Source: Planctomycetota bacterium (GTDB taxonomy: Bacteria; Planctomycetota; UBA1135; GCA-002748355). From it: 64,000 bases of DNA. Positions within the stretch are counted from its first letter, which is position 1; each line of letters starts with the position of its first letter. This document shows positions 50,521 to 59,070 of the stretch, piece by piece. Location of the stretch: the NCBI GenBank assembly GCA_027021385.1, contig JALUUL010000054.1:51050-115049 (forward strand), written 5' to 3'. The translations under genes and the position numbers were made by a program. The notes below the pieces were generated by a model. It made no database searches. It was not told where the DNA came from and saw only the letters and a list, made by a program, of their open reading frames with translations.

Positions 50521-52281
50521 ATGCGGCGACTCTCCTTCCCCATTTCGGGCCTCCTCCTGGCGGCCTGCGCCGGAACCCCCGCGGGGGAGAAGGCCTCCGA
50601 ACCCCAGGGTCCCCCCCTTCCCGAGGTCGAGGTCCGTGCCCGGCTCGAGAAAGGCCGCACGATCGGGCTGCGCTTCGACCTCCCGGGGGTTCCGTCGAGG
50701 CGGCTCCGCGCCCTCGAGGCCTGGGTCGGGGAGGCCCTCGAACAAAGTCCGTACTTCGATTTCGACCTGCGCGGGGAGCACGGGACCACCCTCGTCCTAC
50801 GCGGCGAACTGCCCTCCCTCGGCAGGACCGAGGGAAGCCTGACGACCGGTCTCGTCCGCGAGGGGGCGCCTCCCCTCCCGCTGCGGGGAGTGCGCTTCGC
50901 GGGAGACGACCTGTGCCTCGCCCTCGACCGCCTCTGTCTCGAGACCCGGCTGGCGCTCGGCGAACCCCCAGACTCGGTCCGGAAGGAACGACGTTCCTGC
51001 GCCGTCCTCGTCAGCGAGGACGAACGAGTCGCCGAGGCGATCGGACAGGCCTGGACCCTGATCGGCCGGCGCAGGCTCGCTCTCGCCTCGGCCCGGCTCC
51101 AGGACGCCCTAAGGCGCGACCCGACCTGCGCCCTGGCTCTCTCGATGGCCGCGGGACTCCGGATGGATCTCGGGCTTCCGAAGAAAGCCCTCGAGCTCGT
51201 ACTCCGGCTCCGGGAGTGCGAGGGCCGCGCCTCTCCGCGCGCCCTCCACCGCGCGGGCCGGATCTGGCTGATGGCGGGCCGCAACTACGAGGGGCTCCTC
51301 GAACTGGCCGAGAACGACGCGCGGGACCGCCCCTTCGATCCGCAGATCCGCTTCACCGCTCTCCTCGGGCTCTCGATGCTCGGCCGCTACGAGGAGGCCC
51401 TCCCCGGCCTTCGCGCCCTCGTCCGGAGACTTCCCGACTCCCCCGGGGTCCTCTTCTGCCTGGGGCACGCCTTCCTGGCCCTCGGACGTCTCGACGAGGC
51501 CGAGAAGCTCCTCCCCGCGATCCGTCTCCATGTTCCTCCTGCCAGCACCGCCCGCTTCGAGATCTGGCTCCGCTTCGCCCAGGGACGACACGAACTCGTC
51601 GAGAAGAAGCTCTCCGAGCTCGTTTCGAACCTCGGTCGCGGTTCCCCCCGCGCCCTTCTCCAGACCCTCTCGATGCAGGCCTCCCACGCCCTTTTGAGGC
51701 GCCGGGACGACGAGGCTTCCCGCATCCTCTTCCGGATCCTCGAATCCTTCCGGGCTCGACCCTCCCTTCTGCTCGAGGAGCACCGACTCCTTCTCGACAC
51801 CGTCTGGACCCTCGTCCGGCTCGGGAAAGCGGAACCCGCGTCCGAGATCCTGCGGCAGGTTTCTCCGCCGCGATCCGCCAAGGCCGCGGAGAGGGGTCCT
51901 TCCTTCGTCGCCTACGCGCTGTGTCGTCTCGCCCTAGGGCGCGACGTCCCCGCCCGCGCGATCGAGGAACTCGATTCGATGGGCCTCTCGACCTGGAAGG
52001 CCCGCCTCCAGGCGGCCGATCGGATGCGGCGCGGACAACCCCGCCTCGCGCTGACCGCCCTGCGCGCGGCCGAGGCCCGGAGCGAGGACCCGGCCCTCGT
52101 CTGGGAGATGGTCGAGGCCTGGAGGGCCCAGGGCCGTCTCGACGCCGCCCTCCCCGTCCTCCGCGACCTCGTCCGCGCCCTCGCCCGCCCTCGGATGGAT
52201 CTCCCCCATCGCCATCCCCTCGCCTCCCCCGCCCTCGCCTTCATGTATCGGGAAGCCCTTCTCGCCCTTTCCCCACGCTGA
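50521..52281 (+). CDS. TPR-like repeat lipoprotein
   Basis: The ATG at 50521 gives MRRLSFPISGLLLAACAG (lipobox LLAAC). The C-terminal two thirds consist of helical pairs with TPR-like A/L/R periodicity. Confidence 0.6.
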   Translation: MRRLSFPISGLLLAACAGTPAGEKASEPQGPPLPEVEVRARLEKGRTIGLRFDLPGVPSRRLRALEAWVGEALEQSPYFDFDLRGEHGTTLVLRGELPSLGRTEGSLTTGLVREGAPPLPLRGVRFAGDDLCLALDRLCLETRLALGEPPDSVRKERRSCAVLVSEDERVAEAIGQAWTLIGRRRLALASARLQDALRRDPTCALALSMAAGLRMDLGLPKKALELVLRLRECEGRASPRALHRAGRIWLMAGRNYEGLLELAENDARDRPFDPQIRFTALLGLSMLGRYEEALPGLRALVRRLPDSPGVLFCLGHAFLALGRLDEAEKLLPAIRLHVPPASTARFEIWLRFAQGRHELVEKKLSELVSNLGRGSPRALLQTLSMQASHALLRRRDDEASRILFRILESFRARPSLLLEEHRLLLDTVWTLVRLGKAEPASEILRQVSPPRSAKAAERGPSFVAYALCRLALGRDVPARAIEELDSMGLSTWKARLQAADRMRRGQPRLALTALRAAEARSEDPALVWEMVEAWRAQGRLDAALPVLRDLVRALARPRMDLPHRHPLASPALAFMYREALLALSPR

Positions 52282-52380
52282 GCTCCGCGTCCTCCCTCCC
52301 CGTCCTTCGCTTCTCTCTTTCAACCGATCCCCCTCCCTTCCCCGGCGCCCTCCTCCCGGAAAGCGGGGGGATTCGGGAGA

Positions 52381-53328
52381 TCAAAAGGCCTGAAGAAGGT
52401 GAAGGCCGTTGTAGAGGGCGTGGAAGATCATGCCGGGAATCAGGCTCTTCGACCTGAAGCGGAGGTGGCCGAGGTAGAAACCGATGAGGAGGATGACCGG
52501 AAGGACCGGGGTGAGGCCGTGCGCGACCATGAAGGCGACCGCGGTGATCCAGATCCCGTGCGACCTTCCGTACAGGGCCGCGATCCTCCCGAGGAGGAGA
52601 CCGCGGAAGGCGATTTCCTCGAAGAAGGCGGGAAAGGCCGCGAAGGAAAGGTAGGCGAGCCAAGGCCCGATCCTCCTCGAGGTCTCGAGAATGGGCTCTT
52701 TCAGTCGCAGGTCTTCGTCGAGGAAGCCGACCAGGCCCTGGATCAGGACGGCGAGACCCAGGGCGATCAGAGTCGCGACGGCAACCTCCGAGACGAATCC
52801 CCATCGGAAGCGGCGCAGGGGAGCGAAGCTGTATTCGGGCCGCCGGAGGCACGCGAGGAAGACGAGGATCCCGATCAGGGGTTGCCCCAGGAAGGTCGCC
52901 AGGTATTCCCTTCCCGGAGGAAGAAGACGATAGAGAAGGAACGGGACCAGGAAGAAGGGCCCGAGAACGAAGGTCAGGTCGAGGATGACCTCACGCAACC
53001 ATTTCCTCCGATCGTCCTCCCGGGCGTCCTCGAGGGCCCCTTCCTCGAGAGCCGCGTCCAAGCGGATCGAGGTTCCATCGATCGGGATCTCGCCCGGACC
53101 CGGGCGGGAGATCGGAGCGGACAGGGGGCCCGAAGACGGGAGTCGAGGGACCCCGATCCAGGTTCCGCAAACGCAACGAAGCTTCGCGCCCGCCAGTTCC
53201 GCGAGGACGCGCCACCGGACCTCGCAGGAAGGGCATCGGAGATCCAGGCCGTCCCCGGCCTCGACCCGCACTCCGGGAGGCCAGAAGCGGACCTCATCCT
53301 CGGGAACGGGGAGTCCGGGACCCTCCAC
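52381..53328 (-). CDS. CPBP-family (CAAX/Abi) intramembrane glutamic protease with an N-terminal zinc-ribbon-like domain
   Basis: GTG start. CPSCEVRW...CVCGTW is a 4-Cys ribbon. CPBP motifs are FFEEIAFRGLLLG, FMVAHG and FHALYNG. Confidence 0.8.
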   Translation of the reverse strand: MEGPGLPVPEDEVRFWPPGVRVEAGDGLDLRCPSCEVRWRVLAELAGAKLRCVCGTWIGVPRLPSSGPLSAPISRPGPGEIPIDGTSIRLDAALEEGALEDAREDDRRKWLREVILDLTFVLGPFFLVPFLLYRLLPPGREYLATFLGQPLIGILVFLACLRRPEYSFAPLRRFRWGFVSEVAVATLIALGLAVLIQGLVGFLDEDLRLKEPILETSRRIGPWLAYLSFAAFPAFFEEIAFRGLLLGRIAALYGRSHGIWITAVAFMVAHGLTPVLPVILLIGFYLGHLRFRSKSLIPGMIFHALYNGLHLLQAF

Positions 53329-53331
53329 CGA

Positions 53332-54273
53332 CTACTCTCCCTTCCTTCGGGGCTCCCGAGCCAGGAGACGGAAGCGCACGGCCCCGATCCTCGGATGCAT
53401 CAGGGCCCTGAAGGCCTCCCGCGACTCCCAGGGAGGAGTGCAGAAGATCCGCCGGGTCTCCAGGGCTTTCCCGCGTTCGTCCTCGAGGACGAGCCAGAAG
53501 CGCCCCTCGCTCACGAGCTTCCGGTAGGCCCTCTTCCGCTCGGGATCGGAGACTCCGGTCAAGTACTCGTCGAAGCCCTTTTCGCTCGCCCCGAAACCCT
53601 TCTTCCATTCCCCGATGAACTCGTTCCTCGAACCCGCCCTCTCGACCGTGATCTCCAGGTCTCCCGCGAAGGGTCCCGCGTCGAGTTCCAGGTCCCCGGG
53701 TCCGGTCCCGAAGAGGGTCTCGAAATAGCCCCTCTTCCACGCGAGACCGACCGAGGCCGCGACGATGAGAAAGGCGATGCTCCCGGCCCGGAGAACCTGC
53801 CGGCGGTTCCAGGAGGGGAGTCTCCGCCGCTCCGGATCCCGGGCGAGGTCCCCGGCGTCCACCGGACGCCGCCTCCGGATCACGTGGACCGTCCCTCGGT
53901 CCGGCACGTAGAGGAACTCGTCGGTCTCGCTTTCGCCGACCATCGTGCAGCGCAGGGTCGATTCGAACCCCGCCGCCGAGCCCCGGGATTCGGGAAGCCT
54001 CGCGAGGATGCGCCTGAGGAGCTCGATCCTTTCCGGCTTGCAGACCCTGGGTTTCAGGATCCGATCGTCGGCCAGAAAGGTGAATCGATTCCCCTCGTAG
54101 CTGAGGAGGAAATCCCCGAGTCCGAGGTGCCGGATCTCGGCCGACAGGATCTCGAGGTCCAGCGGGTCCTCCCCGACGATTCCGCGGAACACGCCGTCGA
54201 ACCACCCGTACCTCCAATCGGGATCCCGAAGCTCTTCGAGAGCCGGTTTCTCACGATCGAGATCCGGAGCCAT
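53332..54273 (-). CDS. 313 aa hypothetical bitopic membrane protein
   Basis: A central TM segment AGSIAFLIVAASVGLAW sits between two ~130-160 aa soluble domains. 3 nt gap to the CPBP gene. Confidence 0.6.
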   Translation of the reverse strand: MAPDLDREKPALEELRDPDWRYGWFDGVFRGIVGEDPLDLEILSAEIRHLGLGDFLLSYEGNRFTFLADDRILKPRVCKPERIELLRRILARLPESRGSAAGFESTLRCTMVGESETDEFLYVPDRGTVHVIRRRRPVDAGDLARDPERRRLPSWNRRQVLRAGSIAFLIVAASVGLAWKRGYFETLFGTGPGDLELDAGPFAGDLEITVERAGSRNEFIGEWKKGFGASEKGFDEYLTGVSDPERKRAYRKLVSEGRFWLVLEDERGKALETRRIFCTPPWESREAFRALMHPRIGAVRFRLLAREPRRKGE

Positions 54274-54282
54274 CGGCGCTCC

Positions 54283-54864
54283 TCAGCTCGAGGCCGCTTC
54301 CCCGAGGAGTCCATGAACCTCGGAGGCCCGCGTCCACTCCTCGAAGGCCGGACACCAGACGAGGGTTTCCGTCGAGATCTCCCCGCGCCTCGATGCTTCT
54401 AAGATCGCCTTCCAACGCATCGGTCCGACGCGCTCTTCCCCCTTCGCATAGAACCAGCCCTCTTCGGGAAGACCCTTCGGAACCCGGGAGGGAAGGAGCG
54501 GGGGAGGGAGAGAGCTTTCAGGAAGGCTTCCTCCCCCCACGGCCGCGATCGGCTTCGTATCCAGGCCGAGAGACTGGTCATGCACGTCGAGACGCTTCTC
54601 GACATGGGAGAAACGCTGATCGGCGCTCATGCGGTCGCTCTTGACGATCTCACGGAGCCTCCGGTTCTCCCGCACGATCCTCTGGAGCCTGCGTTGCTCC
54701 TGCTTCAGATCGGGAAGGACGAAGAGGAGCAGGAGCCCGAAAATGGTGAAGAGGCAACCGATGAAAAACCAGGCGACGAAGCTGCGTCCCCGCTGATTCG
54801 CGAGCGCCGCGCAACCGAGGCCGAAGGCGCCGTAGATAAAAAGGACGATCCAGTTGTCTATCAT
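54283..54864 (-). CDS. Membrane protein with a C-terminal GYF_2 (DUF4339-like) domain
   Basis: Start MIDNW at 54864. Two TM helices and a coiled-coil QEQRRLQRIVRENRRLREIV. GYF-like WFYAKGEERVGPMRWKAILEASRRGEISTETLVWCPAFEEW. Confidence 0.7.
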   Translation of the reverse strand: MIDNWIVLFIYGAFGLGCAALANQRGRSFVAWFFIGCLFTIFGLLLLFVLPDLKQEQRRLQRIVRENRRLREIVKSDRMSADQRFSHVEKRLDVHDQSLGLDTKPIAAVGGGSLPESSLPPPLLPSRVPKGLPEEGWFYAKGEERVGPMRWKAILEASRRGEISTETLVWCPAFEEWTRASEVHGLLGEAASS

Positions 54865-54953
54865 CGGGGACCTCGGGCATTGGGTTCGGTTCGAGACCGG
54901 AGATCGAGGAGAGCCGATTCGATCTTCGTCGGAGCCATCGAGTCTTGATCCGT

Positions 54954-55820
54954 TCAAGCGAAGAGGACGAGCCTGAGGTCGGCGACCTCCCGAAAGCCCG
55001 CAGCCTCGTAGGCCCGCAGGGCGCGCTCGTTGTCCCGGCCCACGTGGAGACCGACTCGGGGATGGGTTTCGAGGCATTCCGCCGCGGCGGAAGCTACGAG
55101 CCTCCGGGCGAATCCCCGCCCTCTGGACTCGGGTCGAGTATACACCCCTTCGATCAGCGCGCCGTGGGGCCCCCGCTGCCCGATCTCCAATTTGGCGACC
55201 GGAACCCCCGAGACCTCGGCGAGGCGGGTCCGTCCCTCGAGCATCCGGCGCTCGATCTGGGCGCAAAGGCCCCGACGATCGACCCTTCCGGGGTCGATGC
55301 CGAGATCCTCTGCGTTGAGGCGCAGGTTCGCCTCGACCAGCCAGGCGAGGTCGTCCGGCTGGGCCGGGCGGATCGGGAGGGTCTCCCCGAGAGGATCCCC
55401 CCTCGAGACGGCCAGGAAGGGTTGGGAACGCAGAAGACGGACCGGCAGCTCGGCCTGGAGCCTCAGGAGGAGGATGGTCATGGACTCGGGGGGGCCCAGG
55501 CCGATGCGCGGGCTCTCCCGCTCGGCGAGGATCTCCGGGGCGAAGGCCGAGGCCGCGGAGGGGTACCCGGGCCCCAGGACGAAGAGGCGCTTGCTGCCGA
55601 GGAAACAGAGCCCCTCGAGCCCCCCTTCCCCGTAGGCGGCGAGGAAACGGCCCTCGGAAACCGGCTCCCGTCGATGCGGAAGCCGGGAGAAGGACGGCCG
55701 CTCCCCCTCGAGGGCGGCTTCGAGGAGGTTCGCGAGGAAGAGGTGGGATGGGTCCCGGATCGCATCCCAGGACAGGACGGCGGGAATGTCCGAGGGTTCG
55801 AGTCGCCGGACCACCGTCAT
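54954..55820 (-). CDS. GNAT-family N-acetyltransferase with an N-terminal accessory domain
   Basis: The start MTVVRRLEP overlaps the methyltransferase stop (ATGA). The C-terminal acetyl-CoA motif is RPESRGRGFARRLVAS...NERALRAYEAAGF. Confidence 0.78.
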   Translation of the reverse strand: MTVVRRLEPSDIPAVLSWDAIRDPSHLFLANLLEAALEGERPSFSRLPHRREPVSEGRFLAAYGEGGLEGLCFLGSKRLFVLGPGYPSAASAFAPEILAERESPRIGLGPPESMTILLLRLQAELPVRLLRSQPFLAVSRGDPLGETLPIRPAQPDDLAWLVEANLRLNAEDLGIDPGRVDRRGLCAQIERRMLEGRTRLAEVSGVPVAKLEIGQRGPHGALIEGVYTRPESRGRGFARRLVASAAAECLETHPRVGLHVGRDNERALRAYEAAGFREVADLRLVLFA

Positions 55821-57049
55821 CCCCACGGCCTCCCTTCCCGGGAGCCGAGACCGCCCGGCTTCCGAAGCAGGACGAGCCTGTTCGTGTTCGTCCCCTTCCG
55901 GTTGTTCTCGACGCCCCAGCAGTTCGAGGTCTTCGTGAACTCCTGGAGGTTGACGAGCACGCTGACCGGTTCGAGACCCGCGGCCGCGGCGGCGGGAAGG
56001 ATGGATTCCTCGAGTCTGATCTTGCCCCCCCTCACTTCTCCGACCTCGAAGACGACCCAGCCTCCGGGAAGGAGGACGCGGACAAGGGCGCGGAAGACCT
56101 CCATCATCTTCCCGATCCATTCTCCGAGACGGGACGGGGTCGAAAGCCGCCGGCCGATCGCCTCGGCGTCGAAGCCGTTGAACCAGCAACGCAGCCAGTT
56201 GTCCTTCGCGTAGTCGACGACGTCGAGGAAAGGGGGAGAAGTCACGACGAGCCGGACGGAGGCGTCCGGCAGGCTCTCGAGGGCCGCCGCGTCCTCGGTC
56301 AGGAACCGGGCCCGCGCGGCGACGCGGCGCAGGCCTTCGAGGACCTCGGCGTCCAGGCCGCGGCGGAGGGAGCGGCTCTTTCTGGCCATGAGATCGAGAA
56401 CGTCCTTAGGCTCGGGCCTCAGTCCCCGGCGTTCGTTCAACTTCCGCTGGGTCTCGATCGAGACCGCCTGGTTCGGAGGCATCGTGCGCACCGAGAAGAA
56501 ACCCGGCGAATGCCCGCTCAGCCTGTTCGTCGCGATCATCCGGAGCCAGCGGTCCGTCCGGTCGAGGCTCCCGCTCTTCTCCCCTTCGAGGAAACGCGAC
56601 CGCAGCGCGCGAAGGAGGCCCAGGGTCACCGGGTGATAGAAGACCTCGAGGTCGGGCTCGTCCGCATCGGGTCCGGGATCGACGAGATCCCGCCGGTAGA
56701 GGGAGAGCCTCTCCTCGACCTCGGACTCTTCCGGGGGATCGAGCCGTGGCTCGCAGAGGATGCGGGCCAGCGGATTGAGGTCGTTGCCGCAGGGGACACG
56801 TCCGAGCAGCGCGGCCTCGATCAGGGTCGTCCCCCGTCCCATGAACGGATCCAGCACGAGATCGCCGGGTCTCGACATCCTCCGGAGGAAGAAGCGGGGG
56901 AGTTCGGCCTTGAAGCAGGCACGGTAGCTGATCTCGTGCAGGGAATGCCCCCCGCGTTGCCGGGCCGGCCAGAGTTCCCGCCAGACCCTGGGAATGCGCC
57001 TCCCCGCGACCTCGAGCCAGTCGACCTTCGTCTCGGCCCTCGTCTTCAC
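55817..57049 (-). CDS. N4/N6 DNA methyltransferase-like protein (N6_N4_Mtase motifs in permuted order); no nuclease partner seen
   Basis: The GTG start overlaps the pyrK-like stop (GTGA). The SAM-binding motif PGDLVLDPFMGRGTT lies near the N-terminus. The catalytic motif VVTSPPFLDVVDY lies ~225 aa downstream, followed by RVLLPGGWVVFEVG. Confidence 0.8.
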   Translation of the reverse strand: MKTRAETKVDWLEVAGRRIPRVWRELWPARQRGGHSLHEISYRACFKAELPRFFLRRMSRPGDLVLDPFMGRGTTLIEAALLGRVPCGNDLNPLARILCEPRLDPPEESEVEERLSLYRRDLVDPGPDADEPDLEVFYHPVTLGLLRALRSRFLEGEKSGSLDRTDRWLRMIATNRLSGHSPGFFSVRTMPPNQAVSIETQRKLNERRGLRPEPKDVLDLMARKSRSLRRGLDAEVLEGLRRVAARARFLTEDAAALESLPDASVRLVVTSPPFLDVVDYAKDNWLRCWFNGFDAEAIGRRLSTPSRLGEWIGKMMEVFRALVRVLLPGGWVVFEVGEVRGGKIRLEESILPAAAAAGLEPVSVLVNLQEFTKTSNCWGVENNRKGTNTNRLVLLRKPGGLGSREGRPWG

Positions 57050-57873
57050 CAGCGAAGCTCTCGGGCGTCGAAGACCGGACCGTCCACGCAGGCCTTGGCG
57101 TAACGAGCCCCCTCGAAACGGTCCCGCCCCCGAACCTCGACGCTGCAACCGTTGCACACCCCGTATCCGCAGGCCATGACGGTCTCGAGACTGACCATGC
57201 ACGGGAGGTCCCGGTTCCGGCATTCGGCGGCGACCGCGGCCATCATCGGCTCGGGGCCGCAGCAAAGGACCGGGGCCTCTCCATCGAGCGCATCCTCCCC
57301 GACGAGCCTCCGGTAGAGGTCCAGGACCGTGCCCCGGCTTCCCAGGCTTCCGTCGTCGGTCGCGAGCCTCCAGTCGACGAGGCCTTCCTCGAACTCCTCC
57401 CGGCCGACCAGGGCCCTCGCGTTCCGTCCTCCGTAGAGGAGAGGGATCGGACCCGCCCCGGCGGCGGCCCTCTCCCTCGCCCAGAGGAGGAAGGGGGCGA
57501 GGCCGACTCCGCCGGCCAGGCAGACGGGTTCCTTTCCGCCCATTGGCGCCGGGAAGCCTCTCCCGAGAGGTCCGGTCACCCGGACCCTGGAGCCCGGGGG
57601 GGCGGAGGTCAGAGCCGCCGTGCCGGGGCCGACGACCTTCACGAGGAAGCTCCCCCTGCCGAACACGGGGCCCTCCTCCCGGACCTCCCCGGTCGGTTCC
57701 CGGAGATCGAAATAGGAGAAGGGTCGCGGCAGCAGGCAGGGCCAATCCCGCACGAGGGAGAGCATCGCGAAGGCCCCCGGACGGACCGTCGGGAAGGGAC
57801 CCTCGAGTTCGAGGACGAAGTCCTTCTCCCCGAGGCGGCGGACTTCGCACAGGCGATGGACCCGGACCTCCAT
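57046..57873 (-). CDS. PyrK-like FAD/NAD(P)-binding oxidoreductase with a C-terminal 2Fe-2S cluster (dihydroorotate-dehydrogenase electron-transfer-subunit family)
   Basis: Start MEVRVHRL at 57873. RPFSY flavin motif, AGGVGLAPF, and the cluster motif MACGYGVCNGCSV...CVDGPVF. Confidence 0.8.
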   Translation of the reverse strand: MEVRVHRLCEVRRLGEKDFVLELEGPFPTVRPGAFAMLSLVRDWPCLLPRPFSYFDLREPTGEVREEGPVFGRGSFLVKVVGPGTAALTSAPPGSRVRVTGPLGRGFPAPMGGKEPVCLAGGVGLAPFLLWARERAAAGAGPIPLLYGGRNARALVGREEFEEGLVDWRLATDDGSLGSRGTVLDLYRRLVGEDALDGEAPVLCCGPEPMMAAVAAECRNRDLPCMVSLETVMACGYGVCNGCSVEVRGRDRFEGARYAKACVDGPVFDARELRW

Positions 57874-57922
57874 GCGGGCGAGGATACGCCTTCGCCCCCG
57901 GAGAGACAGCACCGGAGACCGG

Positions 57923-58528
57923 ATGCCCGACATGCTTTCCCCCTTCGTCCTCGGCCCCCTCGCGGGCGCGCTGATCGGATACCTCACGAACACGATCGCG
58001 GTCCTCATGCTGTTCCGGCCGCACGGGAAGAAAGGTCCGTCGGTCCTCGGACTGCAAGGCCTGATCCCGAAGCGCCAGGCCGCCCTCGCGAAGAAGATCG
58101 GAGAGGTCGTCGGAACCCATCTCGTCGAACACGAGGACCTCGCCCGGGCCTTCGCCGGGATCGACCTCGAACCCATGATCCGGGAACTCCTCGACAAGGC
58201 CCTGGGGGAGAAGGTCCGGGAACTGGCGGCCCTGCCGATGATCGGGGCCTTCCTGACCGAGGAGCGGATCGCCGGTATCCGGGACGGGATCGCGGCCGCG
58301 GTCGCGAAGGATCGGGAGACCTTCCTGGAGCACCTGGAGGCAGGCCTCGAAAAGGGCCTCGACGTCCCGCGCATCGTCGAGGCCAAGGTCGCGGCCTTTC
58401 CCGTGGAGAAACTGGAGACCCTCGTCCTGGAGGTCGCCCGCCGGGAGCTGCGGGCGATCGAACTCTGGGGGGCGGTCCTCGGCGCCCTGATCGGGCTCGT
58501 CCAGGCCTTCCTGCTCTCGGGCACATGA
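57923..58528 (+). CDS. DUF445-family membrane-associated protein
   Basis: GALIGYLTNTIAVLMLFRP and the C-terminal ELWGAVLGALIGLVQ. Start could be 57923 or 57932. Confidence 0.7.
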   Translation: MPDMLSPFVLGPLAGALIGYLTNTIAVLMLFRPHGKKGPSVLGLQGLIPKRQAALAKKIGEVVGTHLVEHEDLARAFAGIDLEPMIRELLDKALGEKVRELAALPMIGAFLTEERIAGIRDGIAAAVAKDRETFLEHLEAGLEKGLDVPRIVEAKVAAFPVEKLETLVLEVARRELRAIELWGAVLGALIGLVQAFLLSGT

Positions 58529-59022
58529 GCGGGCCTTCCGGAGACGATCGGAGGAGGACGGGGGCCCGAGGATCCGAACCCGTCCCCGCGGCCGGGGCCC
58601 TGCTCTTCCACCCCTCGGGGGACGGGCCGCGCTTCCTCCTCCTCCGGAACGCCCTGCACAAGAGCTGGGGGTTTCCGAAAGGTCACGCCGAAGAGGGCGA
58701 GAGCCCCCTCGAATGCGCGCGCCGCGAGGTCTCCGAGGAGACCGGGGGGCTCCCCTGGACCAGGATCGAGGGTTTCCGCGAGGAATGCCGCTATCTCGTC
58801 CCCGGCCGACATCCGGACCGGGGCGGGAGACCCTACGAGAAGCGGGTCGTCTACTTCCTGGGCAGAGTGGATCCCGAGGATCTTCCCCTCCTCCGCCTCT
58901 CGGCGGAGCACGACGACCATCGCTGGCTCCCCCTCGAAGAGGCCCTGACTCTCTTGGAGCACCGGAACCTCCGCGATCTCCTCCACGAGGCGGTCTCCCG
59001 CCTGCGTTCCTCCGGGACTTGA
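58525..59022 (+). CDS. Nudix hydrolase (Ap4A-hydrolase-like)
   Basis: The ATG overlaps the upstream stop (ATGA). Nudix box GFPKGHAEEGESPLECARREVSEETG. Confidence 0.85.
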   Translation: MSGPSGDDRRRTGARGSEPVPAAGALLFHPSGDGPRFLLLRNALHKSWGFPKGHAEEGESPLECARREVSEETGGLPWTRIEGFREECRYLVPGRHPDRGGRPYEKRVVYFLGRVDPEDLPLLRLSAEHDDHRWLPLEEALTLLEHRNLRDLLHEAVSRLRSSGT

Positions 59023-59070
59023 TCCCCCGGGCCCGTTACGGATCGCCGCCGGAGGCCTATCCTCTGCACG

